Below, piece by piece: positions 24,328 through 37,844 of a stretch of 64,000 nt of DNA (position 1 is the stretch's first letter; each line of letters opens with the position of its first letter). The stretch covers positions 2,790,001 through 2,854,000 of the forward strand of contig CDLV01000005.1 of the NCBI GenBank assembly GCA_001244265.2, read 5' to 3'. Source of the stretch: Microbotryum violaceum. Its lineage: Eukaryota. A model generated the notes under the pieces. It ran no database searches. It was given only the letters and a program-made list of their open reading frames with translations, and had not been told where the DNA came from. The position numbers and the translations under genes are program-made.

Positions 24328-27300
24328 ATGACTGGCGAACAGTCAACTATCGACAAGTCCGTCGACGCAGACCCTTCAACACACTCACAAGCTTCTCGTT
24401 TCCCTGCATTTGCGAGTTTGAAAAAATAACAACCTCGACGTATGGCTCGACCACGTTCGCTTCACCGTCGACAGGCGTCAGTGGCAGCTCTCCTTTCCCA
24501 AGCAGTACCCATCCGCTAAATGCAAGGACGACGATGAACTCGATCGAGCTCATGATGCGGTACACAAGGCAATGCATTAAACCTGCTCGGAAAGTGTGGC
24601 GCATCTTCTGGTCAGCTGCTACGACATGACGCCGGAGCAGACGGTCGAATACCTTCGAAAGCACCTCGGTCGGTCTTCCCTTCGTGGCATTATCACGCAA
24701 GTCGGAAAATTGTTCTCGGTCGGACCGCCACCAGCACAGGAAGACGATTATCTTCCTTGGGCCGGATCCACCACTCGCCTCACAACTGACCTACGGGCTC
24801 ACAATTTGACGTTGGATCGAGTGGTTGCATGCCACCTCATTGCGATTGTGGGGGCTCGACGACCGTCGTATCTGGATCAGTTCGACTCCAAAGGCGTCGA
24901 TGCGATACCAACTGTCGACACAGTGATCGCAGCGGGTCGAGCTCCAGCAAACTTGAGTCAAGATACTGGGAACGCTGCGACGGCGTTGTTGGCCACGACT
25001 GGTGCCCAACCGAAGCCACCCGGCCCCTGCTGGAACTGCGGTGAAGACACCCACTTCAACAAAACTGTTTCAAGCCGAAGAAGAAGAAATCTCCACGACG
25101 CAAGACGACCAAAGGCGAGGAACCGATGGCAAGTTTGGCGCTCCCTTCGGTTGAAGACATTCTGGGGACCGATTCCGTTGGCGCGTTCTTCACGCAATTA
25201 CCAAAGGGACACTCGAGAGAAATGATCCTCTACGACACGGCAGCAACTCATCAGGTCATAAATGATCCTGCCGCGTTCGCCGACCTGAAGGCGACAGCTC
25301 CGTCTTCGTTGAAGGGCATCAATGGTGACGGAAAGACCATTATGGGAGTAGGCACGGCCTGCGTCGAAGACCAGAACGGCAAGAGGTACAAACTGGTCAA
25401 CAGCCTCTTCGTCCCTAGCGCCCCCGCCAATCTCTTCGCCGGGCATCGAGCCGATCGTGATAGTCGCAAGATCACCATTCAAAACGGGCGATTCACGGTA
25501 GCGGGAAATGACGACATTCTACTCACGGGGCAGAAGCTCAATTCGGGGTTGTACCGTCTGGACCTCAAGTTGGTTCAAGCTCGAAGATCACCCCATGAAT
25601 GTGCGTCAGCCACAGCTCTAACAGCAGTGCCTCTCCACATCTGGCACGGCCGTTTCGCTCATCTGCATTGCCGTTCCCTTCACCAGCTGCCCAAGTCTGA
25701 CGCTGTGATAGGTTTGAACATGAAGTCTCGCAGTGACTTGAAATGCGAATCGTGTCTGGCCGGCAAAGCTACGCACAAGCCGTTCCCAAACTCCGAATCA
25801 CGAGCCGGAAAACCCCTCGATCTCGTCCACATCGATCTTCTGTCCTTCGACGGCGAGCTGTCACTTGCAAATCATCGCTACGCGCTAGTTATCGTCGACG
25901 GTTGATACGCGGTACATGTGGGTGTTGACGATGCCGCGAAAGTCGGACTCCTTTGAAAGGTTCAAAACCTGGAAACTACGGGTCGAGCTGTCGTCAGGGC
26001 ACACTTTGAAAGTTGTCCATTCGGACCGCGGTGGCGAGTTCCTTTCGACGGAGATCAAGCGATGGTTGGACGACACGGGTTTGTCGCGACAACTAACGAT
26101 CCCAGCACGCCCGAGGAAAACTGTGTCGCCGAAAGGGCCAACCGTTCGATTTCGGAAGCAGCTCGAACGATGCTGTATGAATCCGGTCTGCCCACGGTGT
26201 TTTGGGCCGAAGCCGTGGCTACATGCGTGTATGTGAAGAATCGTTCCCCACATTCTGCTCTTGGTGGCAAGGTGCCATTTCGGGAATGGACTGGGAAACC
26301 TGCTCACGTTCATCACTTACGGGTCTTCGGATGTTGAGCTTGGCACACGGCAAATACCGAACAACGTAAGAAGCTCCAGCCACGGGGCCTTCCGATGATC
26401 TTCCTCGGATACGACCTAGAATCCAAAGCCTATCGCCTATGGGACCCGGTGAGGGGGGCGGTTAACGTTATCGCGAAGCGTAACGTTCTTCGAGGACAAG
26501 TTCCCGGCCCGCGAAGGCGCATCAGCACCGAGGACACCGAGGATTGAAGCGATCGAAGTAGTCGTACCTCGACCAGTCACGACAGATCGACATGAACATG
26601 AAGCTGCGCAACAGCCGGTCGCTGCGAACCAGGCCCCGGAGGTCGAGGTACTTGAAGCCCGGGAGGAAAATCCGGTTAACGACGTTGACCCCGCCGAGCA
26701 ACGCGCACCAATTGTGGAAGATGTACCAAAGGAGTTGCGTTTTGACGCCCCTGGACCTGCTTGGGCAGCACCGGTCGGAAAACGGGATCGTAGGGCGCCT
26801 AAGCGTTTCGAACCGGAGGCCTTCGTAGCCGTCGCTGATTCCGACGAGGAAGACGGTCCGTTTGTTTTGCCGACTAGTGATCCCACGACTTGGAAGGCAG
26901 CCATGGCACACCACAAGTCTCTCGAATGGGCGCAAGGTGCAATCGATGAGTTCGAGTCATTGCGTGACGATTACTCAGTCTTTACGATTATGAAACGAGA
27001 CGAGCTTCCCGCCGGCGCCAAGGTTCTCGGGTCCAAATACGTTTTCCAAACAAAATTGGACAAGGATGGTCGGCCGACTTCGTACAAAGCTCGACTTGTT
27101 GCACGAGGCTTCACGCGACGGCCGGGAATTGACTTCAAAGAGACGTTCGCGCCGACAGCGAAGTTTGTCTCGATTCGTACTCTCATCGCGTTGGCAGCCG
27201 CCCGGGGTTACCATATCATCCAAGCGGACATTGACAAAGCTATTTGCATGGCGAACTTGAAGAGGAGTTGTACATGCGCGTACCGTAGGGAATTCGACTG

Positions 27301-28428
27301 CCCGACGATGTCTGTCTCAAGTTGCAACGCTCGATTTACGGTCTCAAGTAGGCCGGCCGGGTATGTAACGAGACGATCCATAAGACCCTCGTCAAGCTTG
27401 GTTACAATCGTCTTCGGAGCGAAGAGTGTGTCTATCGTCAAACACTTGGCAAAGACGATTATTACATCGCGGTTTACGTCGACGACTTGCTGTTTGTCGG
27501 TCCCGACTTATCCGAAATTGGTCGCGTGCTCGACGAATTGGATCGATTGTACGGAGTCAAACCTCTCGGCAATGCAGAGTACATCCTTGGCGTCCAGCTC
27601 ATTCGTCAAGCGGACGGGATTGCGTTGTCGCAACGACAGTATTTGCTCGATGTACTTGCAAGGTTCGGCATGGCGGATGCTAACAAAAGTGTATTACCAA
27701 TGCGACCGGGTGTTCAGCTCAAACCCTGCGACACTCCGGATCCCTCGTTACAAACGCAGCACAGGTCGGCGATTGGATCGTTGATGTACGCCATCGTTGC
27801 AACTCGGCCTGATCTTGCATACCCGGTGTCGTTTTTGGCAAGATTCACGAACAAGGCGGGCAGCGACCATTGGGCGGCAGTTCTGAAGATTCTACGCTAC
27901 ATCAAGGGAACTCTCGAACTCGGCATTGTCTACAAGGCGAAACGTGAATCGTTGGTTGGATACGTGGGATACTCGGATTCAGACTGGGGTTCCTGCATCA
28001 ACACGTCCCGATCTACAATGGGGCATGTTTTCAAGCTGGCTGACGGGCCAATCTCTTGGAGTTCTCGGATCCAGAGCCGAGTGGTGACGTCGTCAACGGA
28101 AGCGGAATACATCGGCCTTACTCATGCGTCTCGAGAGTGTCAGTTCTTGCGAAATTTGCTCGTGGAATTGGGAATCACGATTTGTGGGCCGATCGAGCTG
28201 AAAGGCGACAATCAAGGCGCAATAGCTCTCACAAAGAATCCAGTGTTCCACAATCGAACTAAGCACCTACGCCTGACGGAGCATTTCGTCCGAGAACGGG
28301 TACGAGAAGGTGACATCGTTGTTAACTATCTTCCAACCGCCGAGATGCTTGCCGGCATGTTTACGAAGGCGTTGCCGAGACCGGCACTAGAGAAGCACAG
28401 GGCGTCCATAGGGATGGGAATCATGTAG
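24328..28428 (+). pseudogene. Copia gag-pol polyprotein, fragmented by frameshifts and stops
   Basis: Zinc knuckle CWNCGEDTH, protease YDTAAT, WHGRFAH..C..C, integrase HIDL/HSDRGGEF/ERANR, RT YKARLVARG and YVDD, RNase H YSDSDW/SSTEAEY/DNQGAI. Confidence 0.93.
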
Positions 28429-28447
28429 GCCTTAGAGCGAGGGGGGG

Positions 28448-28653
28448 TGTTGAGTTGACACTTGAGGAGTACACTCTGCAGGCTACATGAGCGCGAGCGC
28501 GCGCAGGCTTTCTCTTAGCTTCCTTCTGATTCGATCGTTCTAGCGTATTGGACCACCTCGAATCAGGTCAGTAGTATTCACTGTATCATTGCAATAGTTA
28601 ACTGAGCGTTATAACGTATTGAACCACCTCGAATCAGACGCCGAGATTCTAGA
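28448..28653 (+). repeat. 3' LTR (206 bp)
   Basis: Follows the PPT, runs TGTTGAG...TTCTAGA and is followed by the TSD GAACG. Confidence 0.95.
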
Positions 28654-29735
28654 GAACGTACCATGCACCGTTGTCGACCAGTAAGACCGCCCCACCCGAG
28701 CGGCAAGTAGATGCAGTCGAACCTGAAGAGGTGTAATGTGAAGCGCATCGTGGTGCTGAAAGGTCAGCTCTCTACGGGCGGCGGCTCATTTCAAACCGAC
28801 GCTGAGGCTTACCACAAAAAGTAACCCCGCTCCTCAACCCATGTAATCACCTAGCCTAGAGATTATGATCTTGTTGCACTTCCGAAGTCGACTGGAGTCG
28901 ACCGAGAGTCGCCAAGCGGCGGGATGGGCATTGGGCATTTCGTCAATATTGATCGTCGATTGGTCGAGTGGGGGGAGAGGGTGACGGATCACAACCGTAG
29001 CGGGTATAGGGAACTTCTTGCGATTGGGCATGTATCTGAAGCTGGATCGTTTGTTCTCATGAATTTGCTGAAAGTGAGAAGCGAACCGCCTTTCCAGAGC
29101 GCCAGTACCGAGTCGATCACTATGACGGCTAGCGTGAGCGCGAGCAGTAACGACGCGAAGACGCCAACCTTGAGCCACCGTGGCTTAAAATTGGATTTAT
29201 TTTCCCATGATGATGTTTTCTCAATCGTGTCCTGACGCCACCGCCATAGTACCCCTGTTACCGGGCGTAGTCGAAACGTGGGGCGCAAGCTTAGCGAACG
29301 CCAACCGTGCTCGGAGTCGCCGTACCATCACAGCTCACGACTGACTAGTCGCTCTCATTCGATGGCATGGTAGAGTGTCTCCTGTGGCGTGACCCTCATG
29401 CTTGTCGCTATCTTCGCTCGTATCCTCGCTTGCGCGGCGTCGATTCGCACGGCGCGTCTGGTCGTCGTTTGTGCCGGAAGGGGTCCCCAATAGGAGCACC
29501 TCCTCGGAGCACCTCCTCTGAAATATGTCTTACGTGACCCGATGCGCTGGTTGAGTCCATTCCAAATCGGGATTCGAAAGCAACAAAGAATTACGAACGG
29601 CGAAGGGAACACCCAAGAACGCGTAGAAGGCTCATGCGCCTACTCCGCCGTTCGGGCTTATGTATCATGTCTCGCCGACCGGACAGGAGAGGGGTCCGGT
29701 CGCACGCGCTTGATTGTCTCACTGGCCGTCCCGGG

Positions 29736-29777
29736 CGTCTCACTCGTCTCACTCGTCTCACTCGTCTCACTCGTCTC
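29736..29777 (+). repeat. 9-bp tandem repeat (CGTCTCACT)4.7
   Basis: Direct inspection. Confidence 0.9.
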
Positions 29778-29869
29778 GTAGATCGAATGTATGATATGAC
29801 TCGTTGCCACTGAGCATTTACACTACAACCAAAATAGTACATTCCTCCATCACTTTTACTTCACACGGC

Positions 29870-31718
29870 CTATCGACCCAACCCACTCATTCGCCCAGGT
29901 TCCTCGACAATCCTTTTCCAACTCTCAACCAATTTGGCGAGCTCGACACCTTCAACGACGCGATGATCGGCCGAAAACGTAACGTCCATCAACATCCTCG
30001 GTTCGACTTGTAACAACTCGACTTCGGATTCGTCCAACAAGCCCTGCGCAATCTTCTTGGCTTCCACGAGGGATTCTTTCGTGTACCTCGGCTCGACGCG
30101 AATTTTCCCCATCGCACCGATGGCGAGTTGACCCGTCGGAGGAATGATCGGGTGCGTCGTTGTCCCACCTACAACACCGACGTTGGAAAGAGTGATGCTC
30201 CCCGTCCCAGAATGCTTGGGGGGGAATCGAGGGACCGTTTTTTGTAAGAGGGTTATTTGGGAAGCGAGGTCGTAAGGCGAGCTGGAGTCGACGTTGGGGA
30301 GTAGAGGCGTGTATAGTCCACCTCCTGAAGGGGCAGAGAGGGCGATCGAGATGTCGTGCGATTTACGTAGGATCAGAGCATCGAGCGTGGGGGCGAGAAG
30401 AGAGAGGAACAGAGGGTGGTCGTAGAGCGCTTGGGAGAGGCACTTGATCAGCAGTGGCAATAGAGTGAGCTTTTGGATGCGTTCTGCTTCGGGAAGCCGT
30501 GTTGTCGAAGGCGAAAAGTTTTGGATGGCGGAGAGTTGAGCTTCCTCCGCTGGTGTTAGGGTTACTCGGTGCGTCAGGGGTATGTGAGAGTTGAGGGAGA
30601 TGCGCAGGCGCTCGAGGAGGGTGACGTCGAGCGTCTCCGAGTAGGAGAAGTGAGGGATCGACAGGGAAGCGGTCATGGCCTTGAACATGGCTTTCCGTAC
30701 GCCAGTCAGAGCCACAGTCGTGGATGCTGCTGATGACCCCGTTGCGCTCGATGAGGATTGGGCGGATGATGTAGGAGTGGCGGAAGAAGTGGAAGCAACG
30801 GGAGATGAAGAAGGCGCTGCAGAAGGTGCGCCTGCGCCTTGGGCGATAAAGTCGAGCACATCCGTCTTGATCACCCGCCCGTCCTTGCCTGTCCCCGGTA
30901 CTCGGTTGAGGTTGACCGAGTGCTCGCGAGCTATCCGTCGGGTTGCCGGCGTCGCCCATACTTCCCGATCGATAACTTCCGTCGTCAACGTCGAGGGCTC
31001 AGTTTTTGAAGTAGAAGAAACAAGATAAGCTTTTTCCGGCACCGCGTTGGATGGGTGTGCGGCGTTGGGGGAATCAACAGTAGGTGCCGAGGGTGTTTCG
31101 ACCTTTTCGCCCTCCTCGGCGTCCATCTCGACCTCGCACAGCGTCTTTCCGACGCGGATGACATCACCTACGGCTCCATTTAGGGCTTTGACTCGACCTG
31201 AGTAAGGGGAAGTGATTTCGACGGTCGCCTTGTCGGACCTATGTAAGATGAACGCGATCAAAGTTTTCAGTGTTTGTCCTTTCGGAAGAGGTAGGCTTAA
31301 CCTGGGCCAAGGTTAGGACATAACTGACATGACTTCGACGATAGGGTCAAACATTTCAATTTGTTGTCCGTCTTCGATCAGCCTGTAATATAAAATAAGA
31401 AAGACATGGTGAGTACTTCGTCCCAAGCGGCAAGCAGGATGTGGGGCACAGCGACTTGAGCGAAGAACTAAGAACTGACCATTTGACAATTTCGACCTCG
31501 GTGATGCCTTCTCCGATATCCGCTAAGAGGAATGGCTTGCTGACTGCAGCCTGGTTCATGGAGGCGGATGCAAAGCTGCGCCATGATCGAGGTGGTACAA
31601 CTGCCGAGGATACACGAGGTAGGAGGGATAGCTGTTCCTGCGCGAGCCGTTGACGAGTTGCGACACGTGCGGTCGTGATGGTAGGTCGCAGAAGACGAGA
31701 TGCTCTTCTGGCGATCAT
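29870..31718 (-). CDS. DBT: Branched-chain alpha-keto acid dehydrogenase E2 (dihydrolipoamide acyltransferase)
   Basis: Mitochondrial presequence, lipoyl domain (LADIGEGITE...SDKATVEITSP), ATPATRRIA..GTGKDGRV and catalytic ADHRVVEG. Confidence 0.93.
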
Positions 31719-32404
31719 GATGGCGTTTGGGGTGCGAAGGGTGATGAGGGATGGGAGGGAGGGAAGGAAAGGACAAGTGGACCAGCGCGAATGACGATGC
31801 CTCTAGTCCGAACCGGCACGAGACCCTGCGCGGAGATGAGCCCCAAACCGGACCGACGGCTTCGGCCGGCGGCTCGGACAAGGGCCGCTTGCCAGCAGCA
31901 GCGCGGGAAACGGCGTGCCGAAGCTCGGCGCTCGGGGCTCAGATGGACATAAGTCGATCGAGGTGGGGTGGGGTAATCCTATCGTGCAGCTCGAGAAGAT
32001 GGGCAAGATTTTCAATCGCCCAAAGCTCATCATAACTTGATCCCCGGCTTGGCTGCAACGGCTTGGGGTCATTCTTCCGCCCTGGATTCCTCGATCTCGA
32101 TCGCCCTGGTTCCGCCGGCCGCTCGCTTCGCCGGCCACTCCCTGAACAGGTGGCGGCCCTCGGTGGGTAAGGGTTGGTCACCCTCGAGCCAAGAAACAAA
32201 CCCCTCGGCAAGGGGGCGGCCTTCACCCCCTTTGCGCGTCGGCCATGTCGTCCTTGCCCTGGCCCACGGTTCACACTCCGAGTGACTGCGCCGGCCGCCT
32301 GCAGCTAGACGACTTTGGCTTCAGCTGTGCGCCGGCCACCTCTGTTGTTGACTCTGTCTCCCTCTCTCCCAAGTCCAGCACGCGCAGAATTTGACCCGAG
32401 CACG

Positions 32405-34741
32405 ATGAGTCGCTTCGTCCGAGCCAGCAACTACAGGCACGTCTATGGCTCCCCCGCCAAGCGTGAACAGACGTACGAGAACATCAAAGTCAGTACATGC
32501 TCTCTCCAGCCCGCGTGCTCCAGCCCTCCAGCCTCCAACGGCAACCGCACCGAGCTCAGTCTCAGGAGTCGGCGTGAATGCACTGGGTGTGCTGCCCTGA
32601 TACTGACCCTTGGCTTGCGTCTCACAGATCTCAGGTGAATACACACAGTCTTGTCCCCAAGGATATCCACTCGGTCCTAGCTGTCCATGGCGAGAGTCGC
32701 GGCGACTGGCAAGTGTGACGAGCTGGGATAGTAGCGGCGACACCGAGGCAGCCGGCTCACATCATCCCATCATCCCGTCGTACTGACACACCCGCCCGCT
32801 CGCGATGTCACCACATAGCCAGTGCATGGGATACCAACCTCGTCAGCGCTTCGGCCAAGTACCTCGCCGTGAACTGTAAGTCGTCTGAGCTCTGCGCCGC
32901 GTCTGTACCAAGCTCGGCGTCGTGCTGCCAGTAGATACAGCTCGTCACAACTCGACCATTGATCATCCCAATACTTACCCTATTCAGACCAAAGTGGTGG
33001 GGGAGGTGCATTCCTGGTGGTCCCACTCGATGCGACAGGCAAGGTCAGTCGCCAGAGCGAGCGTCCTAGTGGGGCCGCAGTCCCGTAAATGTGCCCAAAG
33101 CCCCAAACTGACTCTCATCCACACCGAAACTTTCTTTCAGCTCCCCGACCTGTTCCCTCTGTGCCGTGCCCACTCCGCACCCGTACTCGACACCGACTGG
33201 TCCCCCTTCAACGATTCGCTCGTCGCTTCGGCCGGCGAGGACGGACGGGTAGCCCTGACCCACGTCGACGAACAAATCCTGCACGATGCGCTCGCCGCTG
33301 AACCCATCGTCAATGACCTCGAACCGACGGTCAAGTTCGTCGGCCACGGTCGAAAAGCCGGTCATGTGCTCTGGCATCCTACCGCGGAGGGAATTCTCGC
33401 CAGTGCTTCGACCGACGTCAAGGTGTGGGACGTCGAGCACCAAACGGCGGCCTACACGAGCGTCAATCATTCCGATATGGTGCAGTCGATTGATTGGGAT
33501 CATCAGGGTACGGTCTTCGCGACGACTTGCAAGGATAAGAAGTTGAGGTTGTTCGACCCTCGTGCCGGGCCAGAGGCGATCACGACCGTCGATTCCCACT
33601 CGGGTATCAAAGGCTCGAGGGTATGCTGGATGGGTTCGTTGGACCGCATCGTCACGACCGGCTTCAGTCGAACGAGCGATCGACAACTGTTCGTGTGGGA
33701 CTCGAGGGACCTCAACAAGGGCCCCGTCAAGACGATCAACATTGATCAGAGCTCGGGTACGATCATGCCCTTCTGGTGCGAAGGAAACAAGTGAGTTCGA
33801 ATGCGAGGGAGGGTTTTGAGGTTGCGCAGGAGTAGTGGCTTATAAGGTTTCTTTTGTTTGACAAGCAGTGTCTTGTTCTTGGCTGGTAAAGGCGATGGAA
33901 ACGTCCGCTACTATGAGTGGGATAACGATGACCTATTCTACCTGTGAGCCCCCGTCTCGCGACTTTTTTAGCATAGGTTCGCTGACGAAGCTCTCCTTAT
34001 ACTGTTTTTCAAAACAGTACCGAATACTCGTCACCCCAACCACAACGCGGTATGACCTTCCTCCCTCCTCGCGCGTTGAACCCGGCCGAACACGAGATCG
34101 CTCGCGCGTTCAAAGCGACCGGAACGATGATCGAACCCATTTCATTCATCGTACCTCGTAAATCGGACGCGTTCCAATCGGACCTTTACCCACCCGCTAG
34201 ATCGAATCAAGCCGCTCTTTCAGCCAAGGAATGGCTTGATGGACGGACGAGTAAACCGAATTTAGTGGATTTACAGAATGGAGTGGAGCGGAAGGGTGGA
34301 CTGGGGGAGAAGAAAGTTTATACAGCGACGAGTTCGCAAGTTACACCGGTTAAGCAGGCTGAATCGGTTAAAGTGACGCGGACGATCGCGACGCCTGTTA
34401 CGACGGCACCTGTTGCGGCTCCTATTCCTGTCAAAGCACCTGAACGCGTTGTCGAGCGAGCGGTAACCCCTCCTGCACCTGCACACTCTGCACCCGCTCC
34501 GACCTCAGTCGAATCGAAAGCCATCGACGAGACCAAGACCAACGGTGGTGCCCCCATCTCTTTTTCTTCTCCCCCCACCACGAACAACAACAACAACAAC
34601 AACACCAGCAACAAGAACGACGAAGAAATACAAGAATTGAAAGTGGAGAACGCGAAGTTGAGGGATGAGTTGTGCGAACGCGATACGATGATTCGCGAAT
34701 TGGAACTCAAGTTGGAGAGGATCAAGGCCGCTTTCAATTGA
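32405..34741 (+). CDS. CRN1: Coronin
   Basis: MSRFVRASNYRHVYG, AWDTNL, WD40 repeats, GKGDGNVRYYE, VPRKSDAFQSDLYPP and a C-terminal coiled coil. Confidence 0.96.
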
Positions 34742-35255
34742 TCGTTTTTTTTTTTGAGGCTTGGAATTTTATTTTTACTTCATGGTATTTTCTGCTGTTA
34801 AAAGACGTTTGAGTTAGAAAGAGCAGTAATCCTCGGATTTTTGATGAGACCCCGTATGGCGAACGCATTCGCCGGTTTCGAATCGTTTAAGAGATCCGAC
34901 GGGGCAAAAAAAGAATCGTTAACGAATTGAGGTCCAGAGCCAGAGTGTAATGCAACATTGATGTATGCCGGTTTTCAAAAGGCGAGTTTTTGACACATGG
35001 AAAGAAGCAAAGACAGTCACAGATCGAAACTCTAGGCACAAGGTGAGAGCGAGAGAGAAAGAGGAACACGAAGTGAAGGAACACAATTCGATTCGAGAAG
35101 AGGTAAACGAGGATTAAGAAGGGGTGGGAAGAAAATAAGGAAAGATGGAGGATGGAGAGGGAAGGAGGGCAAATGTTGTGACCTTCTGCCCCTGTCCCCC
35201 AGATCCTAGATACACATTCAACAAGCCATATCCCTCAAGCCTCCGCATGCTGCCG

Positions 35256-36999
35256 TTATGGTGCCCCTCCCGCCGCGGCCCTCTCCAATTCAGCCTGTTT
35301 TGCCGCGATCCTAACTGGTTCGAAGTATGCATGCTGCATCGCCTCTTGCGCCGTCAACCGTTCCTGGTGATCGTACCTCAGCAGCTTGTCAAGGAAGTCG
35401 ATCGCCTCGTTCGAGATGAAGCGTTGGTTCTCCGAGGTGATGAAACGTGACCAGGGTTTCTTGGCGTATCGGCCGAGAATTTCGTCGAATTCCCTGGAAA
35501 GTTCAATGTCGTACTTCTCTGTTTGTTTTGTTTTTGTGGGAAAGTGGTGTCGAGAAGAGGAGGAATGGTCAGCTCGTTTGGGGATGTGGCGGTGGTGGTC
35601 TGCTCTAGCGGAACTTGCCTAGGTATGTGTACAATTGGTCGGTGCCAAGCACTTTGGTAATTTTGACAAGTTGGTCATAATTGTCATGACCATGGAAGAA
35701 GGGTTCCTTGCGGAAGATCTGTACGTCTCCGCGTACCCGTCCGAGTGTTAGCACTCTTGTCAGGAGGCCCAACACGTTTCCCACGACGAACGTACCATCG
35801 AAGCGAACATGCACCCCAGGGACCACATATCCAACGAGTAGTCATACTCTTGAAAATCAACCAACAACTCCGGTCCTTTGAAGTACCTCGACGCGACGCG
35901 GACGTTGTAAGCGGTCGCGGGGAAGAAGAATTCGGCTAACCCCCAGTCGATGAGACGTAGTTGACGCTTCTCGTGATCGATCATGACGTTATGCGGCTTG
36001 ACGTCGCGATGCATGATGCCTCTCGAGTGGCAGAAATCGAGCGCTTTAAGCAGTTCGTTGATGTAGTACCGCTTTGGAGGATCGAGGTGGGGTGGGGGGT
36101 CAGTGTCGTCGTTGGATTAAGTCAAGTTGCGCGAAGGGGCAGCACTTACGACGTCGTAATCGGTGAATTTGGGGTAGAGTACTTTAAAGTCGGTGTTGTT
36201 GACGTATTCAAAGATGATACTCGGCGTCTTTGACTGCATGCGCTCATCGATGAACGAGTCAGATTCGCAGCCCGGAGCCAAGCCCCCTCGCCGTTAGACA
36301 AAGGCGATCGGGACACTGACCTGAGGATCCCTGACGACGTCCAAGAGTGTAACGATGTTGGGCCCGCCGGAGAGGTTCTGCAGGATCTTGATCTCGCGCT
36401 TGATCTTCTTCTTCTTGACCGGCTTGAGCACCTTGATGACGCATTGCTCGTTGTTGATCACGTTCACGCCCTGAAACACTTCCGAGTACTATGGAGGTGC
36501 GGAATGAGCGTGTGCGACGAGTATCAGTGCTCGTGTATGGCAAAGCTGGGGCGGGAATGGTCCGAGTCGTCGCGCGGATGGAGGCCAAGAAGGACGTGGT
36601 GTTCCAGGTCGGTCGACCCGGTCGGTCTCCGCTCGTCGGACACCGACCGCGGTGCCTCCCCTGTGACAGGATGGTGCGCGCTGCAGCCCATAGCGCCCTT
36701 CAAAAGATGTGCTGCTGCACCGAATAGAGTGGCGGCTCATACGCAGTTGCACCGAACGTGTGCAACTCTTTTCTGCGTCGGGGAGGAGCCTCTCCCTTCT
36801 CTTGCGCCTGAGCTTGGGAATAGCTGATCTACCCTCGACTCACCTTTCCCCGTCCGACCTTTTTGACAACCTCATAGTTGTCCTGCACGCCCCACGAGAC
36901 CATGAGCCCATCATAGTCCCACCAGCTGCGACCGAACTTGTCGTTGACATCGGCATAGACGCGCGACTCGGATCGTCCCGTACCGGGCGCGGTCGTCAT
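35256..36999 (-). CDS. CKA1: Casein kinase II catalytic subunit alpha
   Basis: [41 protein letters not shown] and [13 protein letters not shown]. Confidence 0.97.
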
Positions 37000-37844
37000 T
37001 GCTTTTGCAGAGTGGGCAGAGTGGGCGGTGATGGGAGGACTGTATGTACGAGATCAGTGTCTGTCGAGAAGGGTTGGGTGGAAGGGGGGATGCTCACCGA
37101 TGAGAGTGGGACAGTGTCGGAAGGTGATCGGAAGATGGAAGGTGGGTTGGTGGTCGAGTCCGTCGGGGAGTGCAAGGGCAAGGGTCGAGCACCGGTGCGT
37201 TACACAGCTCGCCACAACCTATCGGAAAGCAGTCAATCTCTGTCGATCTACTGCGGTCGTTCAACTCCGGGGCAAGAGTCAAAGTCGCGCGAGAAGGCGC
37301 AGTGACCGTGCTGCGTGGTGCGTGGTGCGAGGTGCGAGGTGCGAGGTGCGCAGGCGGGTCAGGGTCAGGGGCAAGCGGGCCAACGAGTTAACGAGAGCCA
37401 ACGAAAGCCAGACCAGATCGTGCCAGCGCCAGTCGAGTCGAGGTGCGAAAGCGCTCGAACTTGAAGCGCTCTGCTCTGCTCGGTAATAGTGCTCGGCGTA
37501 GAGGCGCACCCACTGCATGCACTGCAGCACGACCCGGGTACTACTGCAGTGCCGGAGAGCAGACGCCGAGAAAAGTGGTGTACACCGCTCCAGCTCTGGT
37601 GACATGTAGCATTGGATCTTATTCCCGATTCCAAGGTACAGAGCCCGAGCTGAATAATTTGTCAGCCGCATGCAGTGTCGATCGTCACTGAGTGAGCGTA
37701 CGACCGACCGCCAACTGCCCGGCTCTTGACGCGGTCCGAGCGCGGTTCGACGACGTGATCGAGCGCAGAGTGGCCACGCTCCTTCCTCTTCGCTCGACGT
37801 TTCCTTTCTCGACCCGCAACAGTCGCCCTCGTCGCACGCTCGCC

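Larger units (their letters stand above)
23627..28653 (+). mobile_element. Full-length but decayed Ty1/copia LTR retrotransposon
   Basis: 5-bp TSD GAACG (23622-23626, 28654-28658), two LTRs, PBS-like GGTTATAAGCCC (24262) and PPT AGAGCGAGGGGGGG (~28434-28447). Domain order is gag-protease-integrase-RT-RNase H. Confidence 0.97.
23025..29288 (-). pseudogene. Disrupted gene for a type II membrane protein with a fucosyltransferase-like (GT11/GT23-type) motif, split by the copia insertion
   Basis: 5' part (29288-28660) has an N-terminal TM helix, a frameshift near 29010 and an in-frame stop at 28834. 3' part (23540-23100) reads YGRLEYYFE...CVPP...(stop)...TVGVMIRLG, resembling the xGxHxRxGD motif. 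The halves join across the TSD. Confidence 0.5.
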
